This document shows, piece after piece, positions 8,856 to 17,166 of a stretch of 64,000 nt of DNA (position 1 is its first letter; each line of letters starts with the position of its first letter). The notes beneath the pieces were generated by a model. The model had not been told where the DNA came from, made no database searches, and saw nothing but the letters and a program-made list of their open reading frames with translations. Location of the stretch: positions 124,001 to 188,000 of IMG/VR virus record IMGVR_UViG_3300032307_000369; one strand, given 5' to 3'. A program made the position numbers and the translations under genes.

Positions 8856-8864
8856 TAGTATAAT
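8836..8864 (+). promoter_or_regulatory. consensus sigma70 promoter with embedded late-type TAAATA box (queE)
   Basis: TTGACA-N17-TATAAT; CCTAAATAAT lies in the spacer. Confidence 0.8.
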
Positions 8865-8886
8865 GAAGTATAAATTGGAATCACAT

Positions 8887-9792
8887 ATGGAAAAAATTAG
8901 ATACAGTGAAATGTTTTATAGCGTACAAGGCGAAGGTCGCTTTGTAGGAGTGCCCAGTGTTTTCTTTAGAACGTTTGGTTGCAACTTTGAATGTCGCGGT
9001 TTTGGACAAGAAAGAGGTAACTTTATACCTATTGAACAAATGCCACACAACAATGATCCTAGAGCCAATCCTGATCATCCAGAAGCATATAAGAGTTTTG
9101 AAGAACTGCCAGTTAGTAATATTGGGTGCGATACTAGTGCCAGCTGGAGTGCAAAATATAAACACTTGGCTACTTGGGATACCGTAGATGTTATTGCTGA
9201 CAAGCTAACTGCAATGACTCCAGAAGGAAAATGGACATGTGATAACGGTCAGGATGTACATCTTGTTATTACTGGCGGTGAGCCTTTAATGTGGCAAAAG
9301 CAATTGGCGGCTTTATTAAAACAACCGCAATTTAAAGACATTAAAAATGTAACATTTGAAACAAATACAACACATGAACTAAAACAAGAATTTATCCAAA
9401 TGATGCTGGATCTTGGTTTTGGTCCTACTCGAGATCCAAATTACTTTGTTAAGTTTACTTGGAGTTGCAGTCCTAAATTGACTAGTTCTGGAGAGGCATG
9501 GGACGAAGCAATTAAGCCAGAAGTAGCGGCTCAATACTATGGATTACCTGGTAGGAACTTTTATTTTAAATTTGTTGTAACTGATGAACAAGATGTTTTA
9601 GAAGTTGAAAAGGCCATTGAACTGTATAAAGAAAAAGAAATTTTTTGTGATGTTTATTTGATGCCTTGTGGTGCTACGCAAGAAGGACAAGCTAAAACTG
9701 CACGTCAAGTTGCAGAACTATGTTTACAAAAAGGTTTTAGATTTAGTCCAAGATTGCACGTAGACTTGTTTGGTAATGCATGGGGGACTTAA
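8887..9792 (+). CDS. queE: 7-carboxy-7-deazaguanine synthase (radical SAM)
   Basis: FYSVQGEG, RTFGCNFEC...GCDT, VITGGEP, ETN, SPK and RFSPRLH motifs. Confidence 0.9.
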   Translation: MEKIRYSEMFYSVQGEGRFVGVPSVFFRTFGCNFECRGFGQERGNFIPIEQMPHNNDPRANPDHPEAYKSFEELPVSNIGCDTSASWSAKYKHLATWDTVDVIADKLTAMTPEGKWTCDNGQDVHLVITGGEPLMWQKQLAALLKQPQFKDIKNVTFETNTTHELKQEFIQMMLDLGFGPTRDPNYFVKFTWSCSPKLTSSGEAWDEAIKPEVAAQYYGLPGRNFYFKFVVTDEQDVLEVEKAIELYKEKEIFCDVYLMPCGATQEGQAKTARQVAELCLQKGFRFSPRLHVDLFGNAWGT

Positions 9793-9793
9793 T

Positions 9794-10243
9794 ATGGTAA
9801 CTAGAAAAACAACAGTAAAAAAGGAAGAGCCAGTTAAAAAAACTGTGCCTAGAAAAAGAACAGCGGCGGCTGAAGATAAAGATATTGCTAAATCTTACAA
9901 AGAAAAGCCTGCGGCAAAACCAAGAGCTAAAAAAGAAACTAAGCAATATACTTCCAAAGCAGAAGCTACTAAAAGAAAAGAACCTTGGGTAGCTGTATTA
10001 GAAACACACGTTAATCCTGATAATCCATCTAACGGATTTTTTGAGCTTGACTGGAACGAGTACTTTATAGTACAATTAAAGGGTCATGGTTATGATGGCC
10101 CAACTGAGGAAAGTATTGTTGATGTTTGGTTCCAAAATTTGTGTAGGAACATTGGCAGTGAAGAAGGTGTGAACATGGAACGTCGGGGAAGTGGTTACAT
10201 CAATATAAACAATTTAGGCAACGGCAAATCGGAAGTAAGTTAA
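9794..10243 (+). CDS. hypothetical protein with Lys-rich N-terminus
   Basis: Open frame; GFFELDWNEYF core. Confidence 0.75.
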   Translation: MVTRKTTVKKEEPVKKTVPRKRTAAAEDKDIAKSYKEKPAAKPRAKKETKQYTSKAEATKRKEPWVAVLETHVNPDNPSNGFFELDWNEYFIVQLKGHGYDGPTEESIVDVWFQNLCRNIGSEEGVNMERRGSGYININNLGNGKSEVS

Positions 10244-11227
10244 ATGTCATATATACTCGTAGATACTGCAAACACGTTTTTTCGTGCAAGGCATGCAATT
10301 AAAGGTGATCTTGAAACTAAGATTGGAATGAGTCTTCATGTTACTTTTAATAGCGTTAGAAAGGCATGGAACGACTTTAACGGCAGTCATGTTATCTTCT
10401 GCCTCGAGGGTCGCTCGTGGCGTAAAGATCACTACGGTCCATACAAACGAAATAGGTCTGATGCTAGAGCCGCACATAACGAAAAAGAAGCAGAAGAAGA
10501 AAGAGTCTTTTGGGAGACCTTTGATCAGTTTAAACAATTTGTTACTGAAAAAACAAACTGTACAGTTTTGCAAAATTCTCAACTAGAAGCTGATGATTTA
10601 ATTGCAGGCTTTATTCAAGCACATCCAAATGATAATCATGTTATCATTTCAACAGATGGCGATTTTGCACAATTAATTGCCCCTAATGTAAAACAGTATA
10701 ATGGTGTGAGTGAAGTAACAACTACACACGAAGGCTATTTTGATTCAAAAGGCAAAAGAGTAAAAGATAAAAAAACTGGGGAAGAAAAACCTGCTCCTAA
10801 TCCAGAATGGTTGTTGTTTGAAAAATGTATGCGTGGCGATACAAGTGATAATATCTTTTCAGCATATCCTGGTGTGCGAACTAAAGGAACAAAAAGCAAA
10901 GTAGGACTTATTGAAGCATTTGAAGATCGTACTACTAAAGGGTATGCTTGGAACAATCTGATGCTCCAAAAGTGGGTGGATCATGAAGGCGTAGAACACA
11001 GGGTATTAGACGATTATCAACGTAATAGACTACTTTGTGATTTGTCTGCACAACCTGAAGCTATTAGACAAATAATTGATGAAACAATTAAAACTAATGC
11101 TGTTTCAAAAGAAGTAGGTCAAGTAGGAGTAAAAATGTTAAAATTTTGTGCTAGTTATGAACTTACCAAAATTAGTGAAAACATTCAAACTTATGCTGAC
11201 GCTTTTAATGCTAGATACCAAAAATAA
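10244..11227 (+). CDS. rnh: RNase H / 5'-3' flap exonuclease (T4 rnh-like)
   Basis: ILVD, SWRK..Y..YK.NR, EADD, ISTDGDFAQL and GDTSDNI motifs. Confidence 0.9.
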   Translation: MSYILVDTANTFFRARHAIKGDLETKIGMSLHVTFNSVRKAWNDFNGSHVIFCLEGRSWRKDHYGPYKRNRSDARAAHNEKEAEEERVFWETFDQFKQFVTEKTNCTVLQNSQLEADDLIAGFIQAHPNDNHVIISTDGDFAQLIAPNVKQYNGVSEVTTTHEGYFDSKGKRVKDKKTGEEKPAPNPEWLLFEKCMRGDTSDNIFSAYPGVRTKGTKSKVGLIEAFEDRTTKGYAWNNLMLQKWVDHEGVEHRVLDDYQRNRLLCDLSAQPEAIRQIIDETIKTNAVSKEVGQVGVKMLKFCASYELTKISENIQTYADAFNARYQK

Positions 11228-11241
11228 AAGAAAGGGATTAT

Positions 11242-11715
11242 ATGACATTACCATGTGCTAAACCTTTAATTCCAAATAAAGAATGGATAGTAGAAACTAA
11301 TGGAGTAAAATTAGGAACTTTGAGCAAAGAAAAATCAGGCTATGTATTTTTTGCTAATGGTACTAAAATTGAATTCCATGACTTAAAAGAAGTTGAAGCG
11401 GCAATGGACTTAATTATTGAAACTCCATACTCTGTTAAGGCAAGCAAAACAAAAGATGTTTATGGTTATGAAACTAAAACATTTCCGCATAACCCTTTGT
11501 ATGATGTACAACGCAAACTTCCAATTTATACAAAGAGTGCAAAAAGCATTAGTAAGCACTGTGCCGGACATTACTTGATTAAGTTTCCAAAGGGATGGGT
11601 TAAAAGTCATTGCCCTAAATTAATCACTTTGGAAAGATATCCTTATCGTGGTCCTTTTCATACAGATGCAGAAGTAAGACTTGAACTTTCAAAGGCACAT
11701 CGTGAACGAAATTAA
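11242..11715 (+). CDS. hypothetical protein
   Basis: 157-aa ORF with SD. Confidence 0.75.
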   Translation: MTLPCAKPLIPNKEWIVETNGVKLGTLSKEKSGYVFFANGTKIEFHDLKEVEAAMDLIIETPYSVKASKTKDVYGYETKTFPHNPLYDVQRKLPIYTKSAKSISKHCAGHYLIKFPKGWVKSHCPKLITLERYPYRGPFHTDAEVRLELSKAHRERN

Positions 11716-11923
11716 TAATTATATAATTGAAGATTTTGCTAATAAGGTATTTGCCGCTAAAAAGACAAATCAAAAACAAATTGTTCTAGATATTAAAGAA
11801 GCGCAGATATTAGTAGAAAATCTTACATTGGTACTAGCAAGAGCAGTTGGTAACCTCGATAAAGCAGTCAAAACAAGCGATGACGGGGTAATTTCAGTGT
11901 CTATGGATGGTGGTACTTTTTAA
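11702..11923 (+). CDS. hypothetical protein
   Basis: Open frame; probable GTG start at 11702. Confidence 0.6.
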   Translation: MNEINNYIIEDFANKVFAAKKTNQKQIVLDIKEAQILVENLTLVLARAVGNLDKAVKTSDDGVISVSMDGGTF

Positions 11924-11962
11924 TAAATAAACTACGTATATAAACGAGGATACGTAGTTTAT
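11923..11962 (+). promoter_or_regulatory. late promoter plus start-sequestering hairpin
   Basis: ATAAATA at 11923. A 13-bp perfect stem (11927-11939/11950-11962) covers the start codon, with GAGG in the loop. Confidence 0.7.
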
Positions 11963-12254
11963 GAGTAGACCAAAGCCAAAAATACTGTTGGAAAGTACTA
12001 ACAAAAAGAACTATAAAACTGAGCAAGTTTTAGAGAGTGATGCCATTTGGGCAGTTTTTTATAAGGGTCAACCAGTCAACTTAAAAACCACTAGTTTGGT
12101 TAGTAGTTATCCTGGACCTAAATATAAAAAAGTAAGTTTTAGTAATCCTGGTCATGCACACAATCTTTCTAACAAATTGAATAAGATGTTTGAATGCAAA
12201 GATTTTTGTGTGTATAAATTAACAACTGGTGAACCAGTTAATGAACAAGACTAA
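11961..12254 (+). CDS. hypothetical protein
   Basis: 97-aa ORF with GAGGA SD. Confidence 0.8.
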   Translation: MSRPKPKILLESTNKKNYKTEQVLESDAIWAVFYKGQPVNLKTTSLVSSYPGPKYKKVSFSNPGHAHNLSNKLNKMFECKDFCVYKLTTGEPVNEQD

Positions 12255-12633
12255 CATTACCAAAGCATTAATTTCAAACGACGAAAAATATAGTAGTGAC
12301 CCAAAAAGTTTTAACATGCTATACAGGGCATGGTGGGTAAACTGGCGTTCTGCTGAAGATAGAAGATTTCGTTTATCAGACAGTGGTTACAAATACTTTA
12401 ATACCAACGCTGAAATAAAATTTTACCAAATTAGATTTCCAATTGGGTTAGTGATTACTAACAAAATGATTATTGATTTGGATAGATTTATTGATTGCCC
12501 ATACTATCTAACCAACGAAGAAATTTTGGTAACCCATGAAAAAACTGCACTACAATTGGTGCTGTTTGATGGTGATCTTACCAAATTTGGAAGAGCAAAA
12601 CGAGCAACACGACAAAGAAACTTGCAGAAGTAG
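12241..12633 (+). CDS. hypothetical protein
   Basis: Open frame overlapping the upstream stop. Confidence 0.7.
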   Translation: MNKTNITKALISNDEKYSSDPKSFNMLYRAWWVNWRSAEDRRFRLSDSGYKYFNTNAEIKFYQIRFPIGLVITNKMIIDLDRFIDCPYYLTNEEILVTHEKTALQLVLFDGDLTKFGRAKRATRQRNLQK

Positions 12634-12662
12634 TTGACTTTTTGTCCTAATGGCATTACAAT
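12634..12662 (+). promoter_or_regulatory. sigma70 promoter
   Basis: TTGACT-N17-TACAAT. Confidence 0.7.
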
Positions 12663-12706
12663 ATAAAGACAGTAAACATTTAATTCTGTTTTTAGAAAGG
12701 TAACAA

Positions 12707-13792
12707 ATGGCAAAGAGCGAAATTAGTGCAAATCGTACAGTCACCCCTAACGAGGCTAAAAAGTCACTACGCAAGTGTGTGTCTAAAAAGCGTCCAATTT
12801 TTATGTGGGGAGCGCCTGGTATTGGCAAATCCGACATTGTTCGACAAATTGCAGCCGAAGATGGTCGTGAGGTGATTGACGTTCGACTTCCTCTTTGGGA
12901 GCCTACTGATATCAAAGGTATCCCTTATTACAATGCTACAGAAAACACAATGAGCTGGGCTCCTCCCGCAGAGTTGCCTAGTGATAAAAATAGCACTGCT
13001 ATTTTGTTTTTGGACGAGCTTAATGCGGCTCCGCCAAGCGTACAGGCTGCGGCTTATCAGTTGATTTTGAATCGCCGTGTAGGTACTTATGTACTTCCAG
13101 AAGGTGTTAGCATTGTTGCCGCAGGTAACCGTGAAACTGATAAAGGTGTTACATATCGTATGCCAGCCCCGTTGGCAAATCGTTTTGTTCACTTGGAATT
13201 GCGTGTAGACTTTGATGACTGGAATCAGTGGGCTACTTCAAATAAAGTACACAAAGACGTTGCTGGTTATCTAAACTATGCAAAACAAGACTTGTATGAC
13301 TTTGATCCTAAATCCGCAAGTCGTGCATTTGCTACACCACGTAGCTGGTCTTTTGTTAGTGAGCTTCTTGAAGACGAAGACACTGATGACGGTACTATTA
13401 CTGACTTGGTTGCAGGTGCTGTTGGTGAAGGTCTTGCTGTTAAGTTTATGGCACACCGTAAAATTTCTGGTCAGTTGCCTAATCCATCAGAAATCCTTGA
13501 TGGTAAAGTAAAAGAGTTGAAAATTAAAGAAATTTCAGCAATGTATTCTTTGACCATTGGCATGTGCTATGAGCTTGACGAGCGTCATAACAAGAAAGCT
13601 AAAGATTGGGATGGCATGGCAGACAATTTCTTCCGTTTTATGATGGACAATTTCCCAACAGAAATTGTTGTTATGGGCGCAAAGACTGCTCTTACCAACT
13701 TCCAACTGCCTTTTGATCCTGCTGAAATGAAGAACTTTGATGAGTTCCATGATCGATTTGGCAAGTACGTTATTACTGCCCTTGAAAAATAA
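12707..13792 (+). CDS. MoxR-like AAA+ ATPase
   Basis: Walker A GAPGIGKS, Walker B LFLDE, AAGN, arginine finger LANRF, and TPRSW. Confidence 0.9.
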   Translation: MAKSEISANRTVTPNEAKKSLRKCVSKKRPIFMWGAPGIGKSDIVRQIAAEDGREVIDVRLPLWEPTDIKGIPYYNATENTMSWAPPAELPSDKNSTAILFLDELNAAPPSVQAAAYQLILNRRVGTYVLPEGVSIVAAGNRETDKGVTYRMPAPLANRFVHLELRVDFDDWNQWATSNKVHKDVAGYLNYAKQDLYDFDPKSASRAFATPRSWSFVSELLEDEDTDDGTITDLVAGAVGEGLAVKFMAHRKISGQLPNPSEILDGKVKELKIKEISAMYSLTIGMCYELDERHNKKAKDWDGMADNFFRFMMDNFPTEIVVMGAKTALTNFQLPFDPAEMKNFDEFHDRFGKYVITALEK

Positions 13793-13806
13793 GTGCAAAA
13801 AATAAC

Positions 13807-13835
13807 AAAGAAGGGGCTTAAATGCCCTTTCTTTT
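13807..13835 (+). terminator. intrinsic terminator
   Basis: AAAGAAGGGGC-TTAAAT-GCCCTTTCTTTT. Confidence 0.7.
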
Positions 13836-13836
13836 A

Positions 13837-13865
13837 TAGACTTTTAACAAGATTCGTGCTATAAT
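13837..13865 (+). promoter_or_regulatory. sigma70 promoter
   Basis: TAGACT-N17-TATAAT with extended TG. Confidence 0.7.
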
Positions 13866-13894
13866 ATGCTATATAATTGAAAGAAAGGTTGTAT

Positions 13895-15169
13895 ATGTCC
13901 TCAACTATTATGAAAGACGAAAACAATAAAAAAGTTTTCGAAAAGCGAGAACACAGCACAAAAGAGAAAAATGATGCTGTAGAAAAACTTATTACCGCTA
14001 GAGTTGGACTTTTACTACGACAACCATTTTTTGGTAATTTAGCAACACGCCTGCAACTAATTGATGCTAGCGATTGGTGTCCTACTGCCGCAACTGATGG
14101 TCGTAATTTTTATTACAATATTGACTTTATTAAATCACTGAGTGCAAAACAATGTGAATTCCTTTTTGGTCACGAAACACTACATAATGTGTTTGACCAC
14201 CTAACACGTCGTTTAGATAGAGATCCAAAGTTTTTTAACTATGCTTGTGACTTTGCTGTTAATCAAATTTTGATTGACGAACGCATTGGTGAGAAAATTG
14301 ATCAAGTAAAAATTTGTTATGACTCAAAATATCGAGGTAAGAGCTCTGAAGAAATTTATGACGACTTGATGAAGAATGTCAAATTTATGAGTGCTGAAGA
14401 ACTCCTTAAGCAGTTGGGCGAGTTACTTGACGAACATATGGATTGGGACGAAGACGGTGATCCTAGAGATGGCGAAAGTAATGGCGATAAGGATGGAAAA
14501 GGTGCTCCTAAATATAGCAAAGAAGAACTGAAAAAAATTCGAGATGAATTAAAAGAAGCAATGGTTGCCGCCGCACAGGCAGCTGGCGCTGGTCGAGTCC
14601 CAGTGGGTGTCCAGAGACTCCTTAAAGACCTTACAGAGCCAAAAATGGATTGGCGTCAATTGTTGCGTATGAATATTCAAAGTATTCTTCGTAGCAATTA
14701 TAGCTTTATGCGTCCAAGTCGAAAAGGATGGCATACTGGGGCGGTTTTGCCAGGTATGCTTAATGATGAAACTATTGATATCTGTATTGGTATTGATATG
14801 TCTGGTTCAATTGGTGATGCACAAGCCAAAGACTTCTTAAGTGAAGTTAAAGGAATTATGGACGAATATGTAGACTATAATATCCAACTTTGGTGCTTTG
14901 ATACAGAAGTATATAACTATGCCAAATTTAGTGCCGATAACGGCCAAGATTTAGACTCTTATGAAATTAAGGGCGGTGGCGGTACTGACTTTGACTGCAA
15001 TTATAACTTCATGAAAGATCAAGGAATTGAACCTAAGAAATTTGTAATGTTTACTGACGGATATCCCTGCGGAAGCTGGGGAGATGAAGACTACTGTGAT
15101 ACATTGTTCATTATTCACGGTTCGGAAGATATAAAATCTCCATTCGGTCAGTACGCACATTATAAATAA
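13895..15169 (+). CDS. metallopeptidase-like plus VWA domain protein (DUF2201-like)
   Basis: TAATDG, HETLH (HExxH), MIDAS DMSGS, GGGGTDF and FTDG motifs. Confidence 0.85.
   Translation: MSSTIMKDENNKKVFEKREHSTKEKNDAVEKLITARVGLLLRQPFFGNLATRLQLIDASDWCPTAATDGRNFYYNIDFIKSLSAKQCEFLFGHETLHNVFDHLTRRLDRDPKFFNYACDFAVNQILIDERIGEKIDQVKICYDSKYRGKSSEEIYDDLMKNVKFMSAEELLKQLGELLDEHMDWDEDGDPRDGESNGDKDGKGAPKYSKEELKKIRDELKEAMVAAAQAAGAGRVPVGVQRLLKDLTEPKMDWRQLLRMNIQSILRSNYSFMRPSRKGWHTGAVLPGMLNDETIDICIGIDMSGSIGDAQAKDFLSEVKGIMDEYVDYNIQLWCFDTEVYNYAKFSADNGQDLDSYEIKGGGGTDFDCNYNFMKDQGIEPKKFVMFTDGYPCGSWGDEDYCDTLFIIHGSEDIKSPFGQYAHYK
15161..15168 (+). promoter_or_regulatory. T4-type late promoter
   Basis: Exact TATAAATA upstream of ATG 15185. 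Confidence 0.7.
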
Positions 15170-15184
15170 ACTGCGTAGATTATT

Positions 15185-15475
15185 ATGCCACTGAAAAATG
15201 GTACACTGAATCCTTTAAATGTTTTGGACTATCGAGTAGTACATCGTATTCCAAAACACTTTGAAAGCGTCTATGTTGATGTAGATTGTGATAAACCTAC
15301 ATTGACAAGATGGATTTATACAAACCTAAATAGTAGGTTTTGTGTGCAATCAGAGCTTAATATATCTAATGGAAATTTTATGACAGAGTCAACTAAAATT
15401 GGATTTGAAGATCCAAGAGAATTGACAATGTTCATGCTTACATGCCCATATTTAGAAAATAGGAGAAATAAATGA
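15185..15475 (+). CDS. hypothetical protein
   Basis: 96-aa ORF after the late promoter. Confidence 0.7.
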   Translation: MPLKNGTLNPLNVLDYRVVHRIPKHFESVYVDVDCDKPTLTRWIYTNLNSRFCVQSELNISNGNFMTESTKIGFEDPRELTMFMLTCPYLENRRNK

Positions 15476-15732
15476 GTGAGCAAACTGAAGTACAAGCAAC
15501 AGAAACTGTAGCAACAGCCGCTGAGGCAACACCTGCACAAGCACCAGCACCTGACCTAACTGTCAATGATCTACAAGCATTACGCACAATTATTGACGTT
15601 GCAAGTCAACGCGGTACATTTAAAGCAGGTGAATTAGCTAGTGTTGGCCAAGTGTATAATCGTTTAGAAGCATTTCTAAATCACATTGCACCAGCTAAAA
15701 CTGAAGGTGCCGCAGAAGCACCAAAACAATAA
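15472..15732 (+). CDS. hypothetical protein
   Basis: AGGAG SD; Ala/Pro-rich ends. Confidence 0.8.
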   Translation: MSEQTEVQATETVATAAEATPAQAPAPDLTVNDLQALRTIIDVASQRGTFKAGELASVGQVYNRLEAFLNHIAPAKTEGAAEAPKQ

Positions 15733-15741
15733 GGAAAAAAA

Positions 15742-16326
15742 ATGAAACACGTCGGAAAAATGAAAAATAATGATGCCCCAGTTGTCATTGTTTTTCGAAC
15801 AATTCCGGGTGATCCACACAGTTGTCTTGTGGTGGGTACCCAAGGGCTGGGGCCCACTCACCACGATGCACTGATGACTGAGTTGCAAACTCCTGAATCA
15901 CAAGGTGCATTTGAGTTAGCTACAATCCTTGCAACTCGCAGATTCCCAGATAACAGTGAAATGTTAGCTTGGTTACATTACAATAAAAAACTTAGAAAGA
16001 TTTCAACTAAGGATGTTATTGTAACACCAACACCAAGTCAGTCAATTTCTTTAGATGAGTTGAATAAACTTATTGCGGAACAAAAAGGAATATCTTTAGA
16101 GGAGCTAGCTGGTGGCAAGAAAGGTGAGGTTACTGAAATTGCACAAATTACAGAAACTCCAGTTGCCGATATTGCTAGTATAAATGAAGTATTAGATGAT
16201 ACTAAGTTAGCCAAGAGTCTACGTAGTCAAGCAGATGCATTGTTTAAAGAAGCACAAACTCTGCGTAAACAGGCAGACGACTTAGATCCTCCAAAAAAGA
16301 AAACTGCTAAAGCTGTAGAAGCTTAA
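15742..16326 (+). CDS. hypothetical protein
   Basis: 194-aa ORF, AAGGA SD, C-terminal coiled coil. Confidence 0.8.
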   Translation: MKHVGKMKNNDAPVVIVFRTIPGDPHSCLVVGTQGLGPTHHDALMTELQTPESQGAFELATILATRRFPDNSEMLAWLHYNKKLRKISTKDVIVTPTPSQSISLDELNKLIAEQKGISLEELAGGKKGEVTEIAQITETPVADIASINEVLDDTKLAKSLRSQADALFKEAQTLRKQADDLDPPKKKTAKAVEA

Positions 16327-16379
16327 AGGGGGCAGTTATTTCTAGTACTTTTCCTAGGAGAGTTAGGATAGTATCTGGC

Positions 16380-16691
16380 TTGGATGCAAATTGGCGGGAG
16401 ATTTTGGAAGACGTATCTTTACGTGCTATCCCGATTAAATACATTGCAAGCGTAGAACTTGAACTCAAAAACCAAGACACTTGTTCTATAGATGTGGCAT
16501 CTAAGTTACGTGACGATTGGGCAAGCAACTTAGAAACCGCCTCACTAGAATTAGAAAAACTAATTGGCGATGTCCATGAACTACACGGCGTTAGCATGGT
16601 CGAATACCTGCTAGATTTTGACATGATAAGGAGTGAGGTAAGTTTTACCTCAGCAAAATTAGGAAATGACAACAACAGCAATCGTAATTAG
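16380..16691 (+). CDS. hypothetical protein (start uncertain)
   Basis: Fills the gap before DHFR; the frame is open from 16311. Confidence 0.6.
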   Translation: MDANWREILEDVSLRAIPIKYIASVELELKNQDTCSIDVASKLRDDWASNLETASLELEKLIGDVHELHGVSMVEYLLDFDMIRSEVSFTSAKLGNDNNSNRN

Positions 16692-17166
16692 TACAGAAGT
16701 AGGCGGTATTGGTATCAATGGCCGTATGCCTTGGCTTGAATTATATTCAGCTAAGGATGCCTATCAAGAACTTGCCAAAAATAATATAGTTTTAGTTGGT
16801 CGAAAATCTTTTGACTCGCACCACCATTTGCGTGGAGAAGTAACCTATGTCTACTCTAATAATGTAGATTTAGAAGAAAGCGACAGTGTAAAAAGAGTTT
16901 CAGGATCTGCTGATGACATCATTAGTATGATTAAAGAAACACACCCAGATAAAAACATTATTATTGCAGGTGGTGTAAATGTGTTCAAAGCATTTTGGGA
17001 CCATATTGATGAATGGCGTGTGACCATTATTAAAGAGTTTGTAGTGTACGAAGAAGATATTGATTTAACTTCTATCCAATACCATTGGAACGACAGACGT
17101 CTACTTGGTGAAGGTGTAGATAATAATCAAAATTTTGAAATTTGGCATTACCGTAAGAAGGTCTAA
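16666..17166 (+). CDS. frd: dihydrofolate reductase-like protein (divergent)
   Basis: IGINGRMPW, VLVGRKSF and IIAGG motifs; coupled to thyA. Confidence 0.75.
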   Translation: MTTTAIVISTEVGGIGINGRMPWLELYSAKDAYQELAKNNIVLVGRKSFDSHHHLRGEVTYVYSNNVDLEESDSVKRVSGSADDIISMIKETHPDKNIIIAGGVNVFKAFWDHIDEWRVTIIKEFVVYEEDIDLTSIQYHWNDRRLLGEGVDNNQNFEIWHYRKKV

